This document shows, piece after piece, positions 19,549 through 28,942 of a stretch of DNA of 64,000 nt. The notes beneath the pieces are model-generated. The model was not told where the DNA came from. It searched no databases and was given only the letters and a program-made list of their open reading frames with translations. The position numbers and the translations under genes were made by a program. Source of the stretch: Deltaproteobacteria bacterium (GTDB taxonomy: Bacteria; Desulfobacterota; Dissulfuribacteria; Dissulfuribacterales; JALVPX01); the NCBI GenBank assembly GCA_027023445.1, contig JALVVK010000111.1, positions 11,989 to 75,988 on the forward strand, in the 5' to 3' direction. Position 1 is the stretch's first letter, and each line of letters opens with the position of its first letter.

Positions 19549-20904
19549 ATGTCAGGAGAGAAAAAAATATACGGATTAAGGGGGCCTCTGATAGTCTATC
19601 CCACTTTCAGCCTTCTGATGTTGCTTCTGTTTTCAGTGATTGCCATCATAAGCGCGGTGGGTACCTATAAAATTTCTATTGAGGGTTCCAAGAATCTTCT
19701 TGAGACAAGGGCCATTGACATAGCTGTAAACCTTGGTTTCACACTGGAGAAGCTTGGGTTTAAAAAAGACCTGTTTCCCGAGCTTACGGAGAATGAACAA
19801 TGGGATGATCTTGCTTTCCTGTCCCTTTATTCTGAGGACGGGACCATAGTTCTCCACTCAAATCCGCACCTCATAGGGCGAAGGCAGGACGATTCCTGGG
19901 TCAGGAGGGTATTAAGGGAGCGTAAACCCAAGATACATTTTTCCCCACTGGCCACAGGGGAGATGGTTTTTATCCTGGATTTCCCCCTGCGCCTGCATCT
20001 CAAGGGTGGGGGGCAGGAGACGCACGGCACGGCTTCTAAGACGTTAAGCAGGCCCTACTGCCTGCGGGTGGCATTACATCCTTATCCTGCGCAGGCGATT
20101 GTCAGGAGATCGAACCTGCAACTGGTCCTGATAGGCCTTTCCCTGGTTATCCTGTGGAGCCTTTCCCTTTTCTTTTTCTGGACGTGGAAAAAAAAATACC
20201 GGCTTGAAATCAGGCTCAGGGAGCAGGAACGGATGGCGGCTCTGGGTGAGATGGCAGCCGTGCTCGCCCATGAAATACGCAATCCCCTTAGCAGCATAAA
20301 GGGCTTTGCTCAGTATCACATGGAAGGGGAGACCGATCCTGCCAAGCGCCAGGATATGGAAATAATTGTGGAGGAGGCCAGGAGGCTGGAATACCTGACA
20401 TCAGATCTGCTGGCCTATGCCAGGCCCACGGCCCTGCACATTCAGGAATTTAGTCTCAAGAAATTCTGTGAAGACCTTGCCAGAACCCTTGGGCCCAAAC
20501 ATTCGGACAGGATAACGTGGGACTGCGACGATTATACGGTGGCAACAGACAGGGAAAAGCTCATGCAGATTTCCATAAACCTGGTGCAAAACGCCCTTGA
20601 TGCCCTGGAGGGAACCGTCGGGGGCAGGGTGTGGTACCGGCTCAGGGCGGAAAATTCCGTTATTACCCTTGAGGTCCGGGACAATGGCCCGGGCATAGAT
20701 GAAGAGATCGCAGAAAGGGTATGTGAGCCCTTTGTCACTACCAAGACAAAGGGAACCGGTCTTGGCCTTGCCATAGTCCAGAGACTGGTTTATGCCCTGA
20801 AAGGCAGGTTGAACATTGAATCCACTCCGGGTGAGGGCACCCTGATCAGGGTGGACATACCCATAGAGGCAGGTGTTCCAGATCCATTGGAGGCGCATTA
20901 TTGA
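19549..20904 (+). CDS. membrane sensor histidine kinase
   Basis: Two TM segments, H-box LAHEIRNPL, N/G boxes (NLVQNALDA, GTGLGLAIV). Confidence 0.85.
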   Translation: MSGEKKIYGLRGPLIVYPTFSLLMLLLFSVIAIISAVGTYKISIEGSKNLLETRAIDIAVNLGFTLEKLGFKKDLFPELTENEQWDDLAFLSLYSEDGTIVLHSNPHLIGRRQDDSWVRRVLRERKPKIHFSPLATGEMVFILDFPLRLHLKGGGQETHGTASKTLSRPYCLRVALHPYPAQAIVRRSNLQLVLIGLSLVILWSLSLFFFWTWKKKYRLEIRLREQERMAALGEMAAVLAHEIRNPLSSIKGFAQYHMEGETDPAKRQDMEIIVEEARRLEYLTSDLLAYARPTALHIQEFSLKKFCEDLARTLGPKHSDRITWDCDDYTVATDREKLMQISINLVQNALDALEGTVGGRVWYRLRAENSVITLEVRDNGPGIDEEIAERVCEPFVTTKTKGTGLGLAIVQRLVYALKGRLNIESTPGEGTLIRVDIPIEAGVPDPLEAHY

Positions 20905-22265
20905 AAAAGGGACATAATACTCAATACGTGTGCAGGGAATGCGGTCATGTGTCCACCAAATGGCTCGGCAGATGCAGCAATTGCGGAGGCTGGAATACCC
21001 TGGTTGAGCAGAGAGAGAACAGGCGGGAGACACGCAGATCCTTGTCCGGGAGGGCGGTTCCGGTTCCTCTTTCCGGCGTTGTCATCGGGGAAAGAGACAG
21101 GGTTGTCACCGGGCTGGAGGAAATGGACAGGGTCCTTGGGGGCGGACTGGTGCCCGGAACCCTTGTGCTTCTTGGCGGCGAGCCTGGAATCGGCAAGTCC
21201 ACCCTGCTTTTACAGATCCTGATGGAGCTTTCCGGAACAAAGGGACCCTGTTTGTATGTTACGGGGGAAGAATCCCCTGAACAGATCAGGATGCGGGCGT
21301 TACGGCTCGATCCGGACGGTGGCAGAACCTCTGAACGCCTGCTCGTTGCGAGTGAGACGGATCTCCAGGCCATGGAGGATATGATCCAGGCTACAAATCC
21401 GGAGTTTCTCGCAGTGGATTCGGTGCAGACCGTTTACTGTCCCGGAGTCCCATCGGCCCCGGGAAGCATATCTCAGGTGAGGGAATCAACTGTCAGGATC
21501 ATGGAGTTTTCAAAACAGAGGGCCATGTCCACCTTTCTTGTGGGCCATGTGACCAAGGAAGGGGCCATTGCCGGGCCGAGAGTCCTTGAACACCTTGTGG
21601 ACACGGTACTCTATTTTGAGGGTGACAGAAGCCATTCCTTCCGGCTTTTGAGAACGGTCAAAAACCGGTATGGCGCCACCAACGAGATCGGGGTCTTTGA
21701 GATGACCGGGAACGGGCTTGTCCAGGTGCCCAATCCGTCAGAGGTGTTTATGACCCAGAGGCCCAGAGGGCTTGCGGGCTCGGTGGTTGTCCCGTGCATG
21801 GAGGGTACGAGGCCCATTCTTGCCGAGATCCAGGCCCTTGTCAGCCCCTCTCACCTGACCATGCCCAGGCGCACCGCAAGCGGTGTTGATGCCAACAGGC
21901 TTGCCCTTCTCATTGCGGTCATGGAGAAATACCTGGATGTCACGCTGTATAACAGGGATATCTTCGTGAAGGTCGCCGGGGGCCTCAGGCTGTCAGAGCC
22001 GGGGGCGGATCTTGGTATAATTATGGCCATTGTGTCAAGTTATCAGAACAGACCTCTTGATCCGGATATGGCGGTAATAGGAGAAATAGGCCTGACCGGG
22101 GAGGTCCGGCCGGTGGGCCGCATGAACGCCCGCCTGAAGGAGGCCAGCCGTCTCGGGTTTGGGAAATGCCTTCTGCCGGAATCGGCAATGGACCGGCTCC
22201 GACTTCCTGAAGGCATGAGGCCGCTACCCGTAAAAGGGGTCAAGTCTGCCCTTGAGTTTTGTTAG
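20901..22265 (+). CDS. radA: DNA repair protein RadA (Sms)
   Basis: CRECGH..CSNCGGWNT zinc finger, GGEPGIGKSTL Walker A, KNRYG motif, Lon-like C-terminal domain; TTG start overlaps kinase stop. Confidence 0.95.
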   Translation: MKKGHNTQYVCRECGHVSTKWLGRCSNCGGWNTLVEQRENRRETRRSLSGRAVPVPLSGVVIGERDRVVTGLEEMDRVLGGGLVPGTLVLLGGEPGIGKSTLLLQILMELSGTKGPCLYVTGEESPEQIRMRALRLDPDGGRTSERLLVASETDLQAMEDMIQATNPEFLAVDSVQTVYCPGVPSAPGSISQVRESTVRIMEFSKQRAMSTFLVGHVTKEGAIAGPRVLEHLVDTVLYFEGDRSHSFRLLRTVKNRYGATNEIGVFEMTGNGLVQVPNPSEVFMTQRPRGLAGSVVVPCMEGTRPILAEIQALVSPSHLTMPRRTASGVDANRLALLIAVMEKYLDVTLYNRDIFVKVAGGLRLSEPGADLGIIMAIVSSYQNRPLDPDMAVIGEIGLTGEVRPVGRMNARLKEASRLGFGKCLLPESAMDRLRLPEGMRPLPVKGVKSALEFC

Positions 22266-22317
22266 GTTTTCCGCCAGGGTGGGTTACGGAGCCTCCCATG
22301 GGCAGCTGATCCACCAA

Positions 22318-22341
22318 GGCGTTTGAAGCGCATAATCCGGG
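22318..22341 (+). repeat. solo right-end fragment of MITE-2 (GGCGTTTGAAGCGCATAATCCGGG)
   Basis: Near-identical to 53167-53190 and 58715-58738; ends 2 nt from the stop codon of the ABC ATPase gene. Confidence 0.4.
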
Positions 22342-22343
22342 CT

Positions 22344-23327
22344 TCAATAGAGATGGCAGGATACCTTGTGGCCAGGGCAGATTTCCTTTAATACTGGCTC
22401 GGTTTGTCCGCAGATATCCATTGACCTGGGGCATCTGGTATGGAAGACACACCCCGATGGCAGGGATTCGAGCTGCGGAACCACGCCTGGAATGGACTTC
22501 AGCCTTTTGGTTTTATCCGGAATGCCTGAAGGTATAGAGGCCATCAGCCCCCTGGTGTAAGGATGTAACGGGTGCTCAAAGAGTTCCTTTGCGTCTGCCT
22601 CCTCCACCATCCTGCCTGCGTACATTATTGCCACGCGCCGGGCCACCTGGGCCACGACTGCAAGGTTATGCGTAATAAGCAAGACGCTCAGACCTCTCTT
22701 TATCCTTAAGTCCTCCAGAAGATCCAGTATCTGGGCCTGGATAGTCACATCAAGGGCGGTGGTGGGTTCGTCCGCTATAAGCACGTCCGGATTACAGGAA
22801 AGGGCCATTGCTATCATGGCCCTCTGGCAGAGGCCGCCTGAGAGCTGATGGGGATAGCTGCAGAGTCTTTTTCCCGGGTCGGGTATTCCTACCTGATCAA
22901 GAAGATCAAGGACCTGCGCCCTGGCCTGCGTCCTTGAAATCTTGGGACCTCTGTGGGCGATAATGGCCTCTGAGATCTGGTCCCCGATGGTGAAGACCGG
23001 GTTCAGGGCGGCGATAGGTTCCTGGAAAACCATACTGATCCGCCGTCCCCGAATTTTACGGAGGGATTTTGAATCCATGCTTAAAAGATCCCTGCCGTTG
23101 AAAAGAATTGACCCGGAATGGATACTTATGGGCGGATCGGGAAGGAGACCCAGGATTGAAAGGGCGGTAAGGCTTTTGCCACAGCCGGATTCCCCTACAA
23201 GGCAAAGGTTTTCGCCCCGTTGCAGGTCCAGATTCAGCCCCTTTATTGCGGCAACCCTGCCCCCTGGGGTCTGAATGGCCACATTAAGCCCTTGTATGCT
23301 GAGCAGGGGACTGTTGACTCGGTTCAC
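22344..23327 (-). CDS. ABC transporter ATP-binding protein, DppD/OppD type (orphan: no permease or binding protein nearby)
   Basis: GESGCGKS Walker A, LSGGLCQR signature, ADEPTTALD Walker B, C-terminal oligopeptide-type Cys motif (C..H.RC..C). Confidence 0.85.
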   Translation of the reverse strand: MNRVNSPLLSIQGLNVAIQTPGGRVAAIKGLNLDLQRGENLCLVGESGCGKSLTALSILGLLPDPPISIHSGSILFNGRDLLSMDSKSLRKIRGRRISMVFQEPIAALNPVFTIGDQISEAIIAHRGPKISRTQARAQVLDLLDQVGIPDPGKRLCSYPHQLSGGLCQRAMIAMALSCNPDVLIADEPTTALDVTIQAQILDLLEDLRIKRGLSVLLITHNLAVVAQVARRVAIMYAGRMVEEADAKELFEHPLHPYTRGLMASIPSGIPDKTKRLKSIPGVVPQLESLPSGCVFHTRCPRSMDICGQTEPVLKEICPGHKVSCHLY

Positions 23328-23378
23328 CGGCCTTTCCTTGAAATTGGCTGGAATTTATCAAAGGTGTTAAATGCGGAT

Positions 23379-24098
23379 TTATTTTTTGCTCGCCGCGGCC
23401 TCCCTGTCATCCTGGATAAGCAGGGTCGATGGATCAAGGACAAGAGAGGGGGAAATTTCCCCTTCGGTGGCCCCAATAAGATTTACATAGATTTTACGGC
23501 CCTTGGGTTTCAGAAGCACCATTGTTTCAAAAAGATCCGACACATGGTTTACAGAGGATGGAACCCCGTCTTTGTCCGGTATGTCCGCCTGGTAGGTCAT
23601 GGCAGTGAACCATATGGGGAATCCCTGTTCCCTGGCAAGGATTTTGAGCTCCCCCAGGATATCCCGGACGGTGTCATCAAAGGAAAGACCGTCTATCAAT
23701 ACTACCTGTGGAAAAAATATTCCCTGCTCAGTGAGATCTGTAAGCCTCTCCTCCAGCCTGGGCACAGTAAAGACCTGTTCCTTAAAGGTCATTATAAATC
23801 TGTGGGGAAGGATGGTGTCCCAGAGTTCGGAGGTGTTATCAATCTTGTAATGCTCCGAGATATGTCTGAAAACCTCCTCATACCACAGACATACCTTTTT
23901 TACCGGTTGATCAAGGCTGATGTGCAGGACATTCTTGTGCCTGAGAAGACTGTCCAGGGCCAGCTGGACCATAAAAGAGGTTTTCCCCACACCGGCCCTC
24001 GCGATTATCACGCCGAATTCGCCCTCTGAAAGGGTCTGTCCAGTTTCTTTCCCTACCAGTCTCAGTGGATTCCTTAGGATCAAATCTTTTTTTAGCAT
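23379..24098 (-). CDS. RecA-superfamily (KaiC/DnaB-C/RadA-like) P-loop ATPase, function unknown
   Basis: ARAGVGKTSF Walker A, hydrophobic-strand VVLIDGL Walker B-like; alternative ATG at 24164 would overlap the EF-G gene end. Confidence 0.5.
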   Translation of the reverse strand: MLKKDLILRNPLRLVGKETGQTLSEGEFGVIIARAGVGKTSFMVQLALDSLLRHKNVLHISLDQPVKKVCLWYEEVFRHISEHYKIDNTSELWDTILPHRFIMTFKEQVFTVPRLEERLTDLTEQGIFFPQVVLIDGLSFDDTVRDILGELKILAREQGFPIWFTAMTYQADIPDKDGVPSSVNHVSDLFETMVLLKPKGRKIYVNLIGATEGEISPSLVLDPSTLLIQDDREAAASKK

Positions 24099-24153
24099 AG
24101 CCAGAGACCTCTTGTGAAGCCAGATTACGTTATTGCCTGATGCCGCGGCAACC

Positions 24154-26238
24154 TTATGCGGCATTCTTTTTTTCTTCCGCTGCCTTTTTTATGAGTTCTT
24201 CCGCAATACCCTTTGGAACCTGTCTGTAAGTGGCGAATTCCATGGTGAACTGGGCCTTCCCCTGGGTGCATGAACGAAGGGATGTGGAATAACCAAACAT
24301 CTCGGACAATGGCACCTCAGCTTCAATCACGCACATGTCACCTTCGTCATTTGTACCCACAATCATGCCCCTCCTCTGATTCAATGAACCCATGATGGCC
24401 CCCTGGAATTCAGAGGGACTTTCAACAGCCACCTTCATTATGGGTTCAAGGATGACGGGTTTTGCCTTGTTATATGCCTGCTTGAAGGCGCCCCAAGCGG
24501 CACTCTGGAAGGCGATATCCGAGGAGTCTACCGCATGTGACTGCCCGTCGTTGATTACGACCTTTACCCCGGTAACAGGGAATCCCAACAGCGCCCCTTT
24601 TCCCATGCCGCGCCTGAAGCCCTTTTCGCAGGAGGATATGAATTCGGTTGGTATTGCTCCTCCCACTATCTGGCTTTCAAACACAAATTCCTCGTCCTGC
24701 ACCGGTTCCATGTATCCGGCAACACGGCCATACTGGCCGGCGCCGCCTGTCTGTTTTTTATGGGTGTAGTCAAAATCGGCCCGCCTGGTAATGGTTTCCC
24801 TGTAGGCAACCTGGGGCATGCCGGTAGTGACATCCGCGTTATATTCCCTGCGCATGCGCTCAATATATACCTCAAGGTGCAGTTCGCCCATTCCTGAAAT
24901 GATTGTTTCGCCAGTCTCATGATCCACATGCGCCCTGAAGGTGGGGTCTTCCTTGGTAAATCTTCCAAGGGCCTTTGACATGTTAACCTGCGCCTTGTTG
25001 TCCTTGGGGATAATGGCCAGGGAAATCACCGGGTCCGGAACATGCATGGATGTCATTGAATATCTTATGTCCGGGGAGGTAAAGGTGTCTCCCGAAGCAC
25101 AGTCAATGCCGAAAAGTGCTCCGATATAGCCGGCCGGAATGTGCTGGATATCTTCCATCTGGTTGGCATGCATCCGGACGACCCTGCCTACCTTGACCTT
25201 ATTTCCTGTTCTGGAATTAAGAATGGTATCACCCTTGGAAAGGGTGCCCTGGTAAACACGGATATAGGTGAGCTGGCCATACCGGCCCTCTTCCAGCTTG
25301 AAGGCAAGCGCAACCAATGGGGCGTCGGCATCGGCCTTGAGAGGACATTCTGCCTCATCGTTTTCCATATCAAGGGCGACATTCTGTACTTCAGACGGGT
25401 TGGGCAGATAGGACGTGACGGCGTCAAGCAGGGGCTGGACACCAATGTTTTTGTACGCAGAGCCCATGAACACCGGGGTAATACCCCTGCAAAGCGTGCC
25501 CCTTCGCACCGCGTCAATCAGCAGGTCGCTTGTGACTTCACCCTCAAGTGCCGCTTCCATGAGTTCATCAGAAAACATTGAGGCAGCGTCAATTAACGCC
25601 TCCCGGTACTCTTCAGCCTGCTCCTTTAATTCCTCAGGCACCTCTCCGACCCGGGTTTCTTCTCCCTGGGGCCCCTCGAAGTATATTGCCTTCATGGAAA
25701 CCAGATCCACCACTCCCTTGAAGTTGGATTCAAGGCCGATGGGAATCTGCATGGCCACGGCATTATGACCAAGTTTTTCCTTCAGCTGCCGTACCACCCT
25801 GAGAGGGTTGGCGCCGCTTCTGTCACACTTGTTCACAAACGCCAGGCATGGAACCTTGTAACGGGCCATCTGCCTGTCCACTGTTATGGACTGGGACTGA
25901 ACGCCTCCAACAGAGCAGAGCACAAGTATGCCTCCGTCGAGAACACGAAGGGCGCGTTCCACTTCTATGGTAAAATCAACGTGGCCGGGAGTGTCGATAA
26001 TATTTATTTCGTGGCCTTTCCATTCGCAGTAGGTGGCCGCGGACGTGATCGTTATGCCGCGTTCCTTTTCAAGCTCCATGAAATCCATGGTGGCTCCAAC
26101 GCCGTCCTTGCCTTTTACGTCGTGGATGGCGTGAATCCTGCGGGTATAGTACAGAATCCGCTCAGTTAAAGTGGTTTTGCCCGCGTCTATGTGGGCGCTG
26201 ATCCCGATGTTTCTGACCTTGGAAAGTTCTTTTTTCAT
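24154..26238 (-). CDS. fusA: elongation factor G family GTPase with canonical G motifs, outside any str operon context
   Basis: [21 protein letters not shown], full five-domain length; [14 protein letters not shown] resembles the spirochaete/delta-proteobacterial/mitochondrial-like EF-G type. Start set at [13 protein letters not shown] (26238). Confidence 0.85.
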   Translation of the reverse strand: MKKELSKVRNIGISAHIDAGKTTLTERILYYTRRIHAIHDVKGKDGVGATMDFMELEKERGITITSAATYCEWKGHEINIIDTPGHVDFTIEVERALRVLDGGILVLCSVGGVQSQSITVDRQMARYKVPCLAFVNKCDRSGANPLRVVRQLKEKLGHNAVAMQIPIGLESNFKGVVDLVSMKAIYFEGPQGEETRVGEVPEELKEQAEEYREALIDAASMFSDELMEAALEGEVTSDLLIDAVRRGTLCRGITPVFMGSAYKNIGVQPLLDAVTSYLPNPSEVQNVALDMENDEAECPLKADADAPLVALAFKLEEGRYGQLTYIRVYQGTLSKGDTILNSRTGNKVKVGRVVRMHANQMEDIQHIPAGYIGALFGIDCASGDTFTSPDIRYSMTSMHVPDPVISLAIIPKDNKAQVNMSKALGRFTKEDPTFRAHVDHETGETIISGMGELHLEVYIERMRREYNADVTTGMPQVAYRETITRRADFDYTHKKQTGGAGQYGRVAGYMEPVQDEEFVFESQIVGGAIPTEFISSCEKGFRRGMGKGALLGFPVTGVKVVINDGQSHAVDSSDIAFQSAAWGAFKQAYNKAKPVILEPIMKVAVESPSEFQGAIMGSLNQRRGMIVGTNDEGDMCVIEAEVPLSEMFGYSTSLRSCTQGKAQFTMEFATYRQVPKGIAEELIKKAAEEKKNAA

Positions 26239-26388
26239 AGCACACCTCAACACAAAATGTATCCCCCGCCCTTGGGTTAAGCCCAAGGGAAACCTTGTTC
26301 AAAAAAATCTCAGAAGGGAATTTCCTGTGCGAAAATGGAAAATTGGGGACTAAAATTCTGCTCCTAAATTTGAACGTGAAAGTGCAGT

Positions 26389-26417
26389 TATTTAACGCCT
26401 GTATAAATGCTTGTCAA
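26389..26417 (-). promoter_or_regulatory. candidate sigma70 promoter for the EF-G gene
   Basis: Minus strand reads TTGACA - 17 nt - TAAATA, about 150 nt upstream of the start codon. Confidence 0.5.
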
Positions 26418-26567
26418 GAGCTAAACGGTATTATTGTGCGGTTGCCACTGGAAGACCTGCATGTGCTGCTGCAGGGTGGGGCGGTGGTTTTTTTATTTCC
26501 CTTTTGACCGTTGTTGCCTTACAAGCGAGTACCTGGAAATGCTGAAATCCTTGTTTCCCATTGTTTC

Positions 26568-27965
26568 CTAAAGGGCGTTTTCTGCCAGAAAGCTCTTTAC
26601 TGCCTCCACGTCCGGGGGCAAAACTTCACAGCGGCTCTCAAGCCTTTCAATTCCCTTCAGGGCCGCCGGCCTATCAGGTTCCCGCCCGATAGCCCTTTTC
26701 ACAGCATCCGGGAATTTTGCGGGATGGGCTGTCGCAAGGCACACCATCGGACAGTCGGAAACATCCCTGGCCAGCCAGCCTGCCGCTGCCACGCCAACCG
26801 CTGTATGCGGATCCAGGACATAATGCCTTTCATGGAAGGTATCCCTGATGGTGGCGACGGTTGCTGCCTGATCTACAGATGCAGAGGCGAAGTCTGTCCG
26901 TATGGCTTCGCGTTCAGCCTGATTGAACTGTAATTCGCCCGAGGCGTCAAACCTCCTCATGGCGTCTCTGACTCTGGAGCTGTCCTTTCCGTACAGATAA
27001 TAAAGATACCTTTCGAAATTGCTGGCTACCTGGATGTCCATGGAGGGACTGATTGTGGAAACCACCTTTCCTTTAACGTACCTGCCCTCAAGCACAAACC
27101 TCGTGAGTATGTTGTTCTCATTGGTTGCAAGGATAAGTCTGCCGACAGGAGGGCCCAGAATCTTTTTTGCAACGTAACCTGCGAATATGTCACCAAAATT
27201 GCCGGTGGGTACAGAGAAGCATACCCTTTGGGCACCAGACTCCCGGTTAATTCGCAGATAGGAATAAACATAGTAGACAACCTGGGCGAGAACCCTTGCC
27301 CAGTTTATGGAGTTGACCGATCCAAGTCTGTATTTTTTCTTGAATTCCAGGTCATTGAATATGGATTTCACTATGGCCTGGCAGTGGTCAAAGGTGCCTT
27401 CGATGGCAATGTTAAAGACATTTCTGTCAGGCACGGTGGTCATCTGAAGTGCCTGAACGGGACTGACCCTTCCATGTGGATGGAGTATGAATATGTTGAT
27501 GTTTTCCTTGCCCCTTACTCCATGAATGGCAGCGCTTCCGGTATCACCCGAGGTCGCCCCGAGGATATTCATCGGCTCATTTCTTTCTTCCAGGAGATAG
27601 GAAAAAAGGTTTCCCAGAAACTGCAGTGCAATATCCTTAAACGCGAGGGTGGGGCCATGAAAGAGTTCCAGTATGTGGAATTTCCCCAGGTCGATAAGCG
27701 GGGTAACCTCTTGCGTGTCAAAATTGGAATATGCGTCCTGGATAAGGGTCTTGAGGTCTTCTCTTGGAAGATCATCCACAAATAGGCCCATCACTTCAAG
27801 GGCAAGTTCGGTATAGCTGAGGTTCCCCCAGCTTTTCAGGGTTTCAGAGCTCACCGAAGGCATCAGGGTCGGCAAAAGAAGGCCGCCGTCCGTGGCAAGC
27901 CCCATCATTACTGCCTCCTTAAAGGACGCGGGCTCTATCCCGCCTCGGGTGCTTATGTATTTCAT
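26568..27965 (-). CDS. thrC: threonine synthase (long form)
   Basis: MKYISTRG N-terminus, PLP-lysine motif HGPTLAFKD, GATSGDTGSA. Confidence 0.9.
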   Translation of the reverse strand: MKYISTRGGIEPASFKEAVMMGLATDGGLLLPTLMPSVSSETLKSWGNLSYTELALEVMGLFVDDLPREDLKTLIQDAYSNFDTQEVTPLIDLGKFHILELFHGPTLAFKDIALQFLGNLFSYLLEERNEPMNILGATSGDTGSAAIHGVRGKENINIFILHPHGRVSPVQALQMTTVPDRNVFNIAIEGTFDHCQAIVKSIFNDLEFKKKYRLGSVNSINWARVLAQVVYYVYSYLRINRESGAQRVCFSVPTGNFGDIFAGYVAKKILGPPVGRLILATNENNILTRFVLEGRYVKGKVVSTISPSMDIQVASNFERYLYYLYGKDSSRVRDAMRRFDASGELQFNQAEREAIRTDFASASVDQAATVATIRDTFHERHYVLDPHTAVGVAAAGWLARDVSDCPMVCLATAHPAKFPDAVKRAIGREPDRPAALKGIERLESRCEVLPPDVEAVKSFLAENAL

Positions 27966-27980
27966 TTAACCGAGGCCCCC

Positions 27981-28295
27981 TTAATGTTTGTGATGGTCGT
28001 CATGATGACCATGATGGTGGCTGTGGTCGTGTCCGTGCGTGTGCAAATGAGACCGGGCATGAACGTGTGAATGGTCGGAAGAGGCTTCCATAGGGCCTCC
28101 GGCGAGCTCCAGCGCCTTTTTCAATTTGGCAGTAACGTCTTCAGCCGCTTCGACGGCCTTTCTGAGGGCATCCGCTACCTCCGCATGACCGTCTTTTTCC
28201 AGTGTGTCAGCCCATCTTGTGAATTCGGCCCCATGCTCCCTGTTATGTGTGATCCAGTGCGGCAGGATAACGCGTACCTTGTCTATTTCTTTCAT
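27981..28295 (-). CDS. small protein with helical N-terminus and His-rich tail (18 His in the last 30 residues); putative metal-binding
   Basis: C-terminus DHSHVHARSHLHTHGHDHSHHHGHHDDHHKH; GGGGGAAAC SD-like sequence upstream. Confidence 0.6.
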   Translation of the reverse strand: MKEIDKVRVILPHWITHNREHGAEFTRWADTLEKDGHAEVADALRKAVEAAEDVTAKLKKALELAGGPMEASSDHSHVHARSHLHTHGHDHSHHHGHHDDHHKH

Positions 28296-28372
28296 GAGAG
28301 TTTCCCCCGTTTTTGACTGTCAGGAGCCTTGATTTAAGGCTTCCGGTAAAATTTCATCCCAGCATGAGTATG

Positions 28373-28449
28373 CTAATTGCTAATTGTTAATTACTAATTG
28401 CTGATTGCTAAATGATAAATGGTAAATGATAAATGGTAAATGGTAAATT
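28373..28449. repeat. 11-unit heptanucleotide tandem array: 5 x CTAATTG-type followed by 6 x RTAAATG-type
   Basis: Read directly: ctaattg ctaattg ttaatta ctaattg ctgattg ctaaatg ataaatg gtaaatg ataaatg gtaaatg gtaaatt. Confidence 0.9.
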
Positions 28450-28626
28450 GATGTCGACCGGGAGCAGCCGATGGATGGCAGGCTTTGCCGCCTGTTTCAT
28501 CCGGGCCGAAACGGCATTATAAATAACCCTTATCCCGGATCATGGGATGTTTGTCGGACGTTCGGGATAATCCGGAACAGGTCGCCAGTTTACCGCCCCA
28601 TCCTTTACCTGTAACCGGAAAAAGAC

Positions 28627-28827
28627 CTAATTCCCGGCTTCAAGCGGCTCCAGGATTATTTTGTGCTTCAGAAGATCAATGGTAAGGATTCTGGCCGGTA
28701 TCATCCTTGGAGCTTCAAAAAAGCCCTGAATTTTTACCCCGTTGCTATAGGGTTCAACCAGTATGGCATCCCGCAGGATTTCTTCCTCCTGGTCTCCTTT
28801 CTTTAAATATACAGTTGACTGGCACAT
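28627..28827 (-). CDS. CooT-like small nickel-binding protein
   Basis: 66 aa beginning MC (Cys2), same length and beta-rich pattern as CooT of the CODH maturation system (MC...V.L.......D.......V......F.E.......DL....I.LE). Confidence 0.55.
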   Translation of the reverse strand: MCQSTVYLKKGDQEEEILRDAILVEPYSNGVKIQGFFEAPRMIPARILTIDLLKHKIILEPLEAGN

Positions 28828-28942
28828 TTTTTATTGAACCTCTGGCTGATGAAAAATTTTTGCCTGTGATGAGTTGGAGAAAACAAACGTATTGTATCGT
28901 TATGATGTGGATAAAATTATGGCATTTGTCAAGGGGAAAAGA

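Noticed and set aside
28373-28449. CRISPR-like array
   Set aside because: The units are 7 bp and contiguous with no spacers, and no cas genes are present. It is a microsatellite-type tandem repeat.
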